Shown here piece after piece: positions 61,358 through 64,000 of a DNA stretch of 64,000 nucleotides. Origin of the DNA: the human T2T-CHM13v2.0 reference genome, Homo sapiens; the NCBI RefSeq assembly GCF_009914755.1, contig NC_060947.1, one strand, 5' to 3'. Position numbers and translations under genes: made by a program. Every line of letters begins with the position of its first letter. The stretch's first letter is position 1. The notes beneath the pieces are model-generated. The model did not search any database and was not told the DNA's origin. It worked only from the letters and a program-made list of their open reading frames with translations.

Positions 61358-61510
61358 GTGTTTAGGACACATTTATAAATTTATATATATATATATAAAT
61401 TTATAAATATATCATATATATATATATTTATAAATAAATGTGTCCTAACACGTTAATATGTCCTAACACCTAACACATGTGTCTTAAACACATAAATGTG
61501 CCCTAAACAC
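61358..61510. repeat. AT-rich palindrome with inverted-repeat array
   Basis: Perfect 38-bp palindrome at 61371-61408. ttaggacacatttat (61362-76) is inverted at 61434-48. Confidence 0.92.
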
Positions 61511-62989
61511 ATAAAACACATTAATAAAGATAACCACTGATGAAAGAGAAAAAAAGGATGAAAGAGATTCTTGGTCTAGTAAGAAAGCATTGGGGTAACA
61601 TAAACCAGACTCAAGGCATACTTAAGTCAGGACAAAAACAGCCCCAATCTAAATTGCATCTTCCATTTGGAACCTACTATCATAGGTTTTCACTTGATAG
61701 TTACTGTCCTCATTAGAAATCAGTAACACATAAAAATGTTCTTGGTGAGAAGAAATTATAGTCATTTGCTTTCATCAAAAAGCTAAGTGAAATTATCTTA
61801 ACACTTTTCTTAAGGGTTGAACCCCTAAGGAAGAGTTTTACAGGGACTGATTTACCACATATAGCCCTGTCCCTATCCTCGCTTTGTCTCCCTTAACACA
61901 GCTACCAATGAGGTCATCTGGGCACACTCCAAGAAGATCCTCATCCCTGGCTTCAATGTCTTTTACTGACCTCTACAACAAATCTCACTTCCCCTTCCCA
62001 TATCTGTTCTCACTCTCCAATTTAGCCATTAATTAGTAGGTGTCTTTAAATAGTTGGCAAATTAATAGTCTATGCCTGTGTTGACATCTGTTTAACTAAT
62101 GATTTGTGCCCTCATTGACTGACATGTTGAAAATTTCCTGCATTCTTTCATATGCAATTTTTGATCAGGAAGAAAATTCCCAGAACACCCTTTTGGCTCC
62201 ACTACCTTTACAGAGGTTGCTCCCCAAATTCTGCCTCCCTAGAAAGTTTTACATTGACTACCAGAAGGAATGGCAATAAACTCCTGTAGGCCCTTCCCTA
62301 CCTAATATGTAATTCCCAGAGCCTAGTATGTCTGGGTTGGTCTGTGCCTGTGTGCCTGTCTATCTGTCTCTTTCACCCTACCATCTCTGGACGTGTCTTA
62401 GCTACAATGGAGCAGGGAGAGCAGTGAGCATATCATCTCAACATTAAATGGGAGTGAAGGCTTCCTTACCCCTTCTCCCACTTTTTTTTCCCTAAGGCAG
62501 GCTGAGGAGCACAGCTGGGGGAAAACAGTAACAGTGGCACATTCAACATATTACTTCTGGGTAAGCAATAGGTACTGATGAGTGACCACAATGAGAGACA
62601 GAAGAGGGCAGCGTAGATAGCTCATTTATCTGCTGAGAAGCCAGTTCAGAAAATATTTAATAGTTGTGTCCACTGCTCCTATTTGAAAAGTCTCAGGGAA
62701 GAAACAAAACACCATAAAATCACCAGAATTCAACAATGATACTAGAAGTCAACATCAGCATAAAATATAACAGAAATAAAACTAAGAGAGTGATCTTAGG
62801 AAAAGACAATGAATAAAGAATTCAGTCCAACTTCCTAAGTCCCTAAATATGTTATTTATTGCCACTCTCAAGGAAATCATTTTCTTTCTATTATATTATG
62901 TATGTTATGGCAGGGGATATATTAGGAAGAATGCCCACAGGATGGTAGGACCTTAGAATGTTTTATCAACTCTTATTTTTAAAGCCAAT

Positions 62990-63285
62990 GATAGATTATA
63001 AATATATTCTGGTACATTTAGCTTGATGAAATATTACATAGCAGTTAAAATGATAATTAGGAAGACCATGTAGAAACATGGAAAATTGTTTATGATACAA
63101 TGTTAAAAAGTAGGACATAAAATGGTATATCAGTGTGATTACAACTCTGTAAATATATACACATATGGACAGATTTGAAGGGATTATGCAAAAGTGCAAA
63201 TAATTCTGTTATAGTTGATGGATTCTGGCTGGTTTTTGTTCCTATTTTTAAACTTCCTCTAATGCTGTTTTTTAATTGTCTTCAT
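62990..63285 (+). mobile_element. Old L1ME 3' fragment
   Basis: 'ataaatatattctggtacatt...gaaatattacatagcagttaaaa...acatggaaaattgtttatgatacaatgttaa'. Confidence 0.6.
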
Positions 63286-64000
63286 GATCAAAAATGGGAT
63301 AAAAGTCTTTGCCAGAGAGTGTAAAGAAAAGAAAATGCAGCTATAAGAAGGCTGCCTGGAATGAAATATTATCAAGGAAAGAGGAGGGAAGACCCAATGT
63401 CTTCTCAAGATCTCCTGCAGCCATAGTATCTAAGATAGTCACTTGCTAAAGATTACAAATAATAGATGTAAACTGCCCTTATCAAAAAAATAAGCGATGA
63501 GACATAAGAATATGGGAGTAGCTGGATAACCCCAAAGGGTCACCCTCGACCTCTATACCACACAAGTTTCTGGAAAAAGAAAGGCCAGGAGAAATGATTA
63601 GCTCCCTGGAGTCTTGCTTTTTTTATCCCCTTCTTTTGGCTGGCCTGATGGCTATCAAATTTTCCACATCAGTGGTGAACAGAGGGTAGATTAGGGGGTC
63701 AATCAATACTTGTCTACTCTCATTCACTCATTTTTGAAGGTATGTAAGTTTAAAATGAGTTGGCAGTGAAATGTGATTGTCAAAAAGCCTAATACCATTT
63801 TCAGTTAGAAAAAAGAAGAAATATATTGAGAGGCAAAAATGGGAGAGGCAATTGGAAGGTAGTCATACCACTGCAGGAGAGCAGAATTAAATTTTGAGTC
63901 CACCCTCTTTTCAGAGGAACACCAAGAAAATAGCACACAGCCAGAGGGGAGTGAGCAGGGTAGGGAGGGGCCTGAAAAGCAACATCATGAAGAATGATGG

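Noticed and set aside
62787-62800. 14-bp match agagtgatcttagg to 59421-59434
   Set aside because: Isolated, 3.4 kb apart, with no supporting flanks; compatible with chance.

Overview
This is primate (human-like) genomic DNA covering the 3' part of ARHGEF9 (collybistin/hPEM-2, an X-linked Cdc42 GEF that clusters gephyrin), on the minus strand. Seven coding exons (canonical exons 4-10, about aa 128-516: rest of the DH domain, PH domain, C-terminus) join in frame with GT-AG boundaries. The 3' UTR runs off the left edge and the upstream exons lie beyond the right edge. The introns are mostly transposons: a 5'-inverted L1PA with a 14-bp TSD, a roughly 16-kb nested L1 stack, Alus, solo LTRs (MLT2A, MLT2+MSTA, MLT1A, LTR10, MER21), MER2/MER3/MER20, MIR and L2. 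I see no evidence of a new multi-gene system. The most unusual unexplained structures are a 154-bp locally templated insertion near exon 4 with a second 15-bp templated patch, a fold-back AT palindrome array at 61.4 kb, tandem proximal poly(A) signals just ahead of a (CA)n 3' UTR tract, and candidate alternative splice sites after exon 8. Repeat subfamily names come from recalled consensus sequences and need RepeatMasker confirmation.
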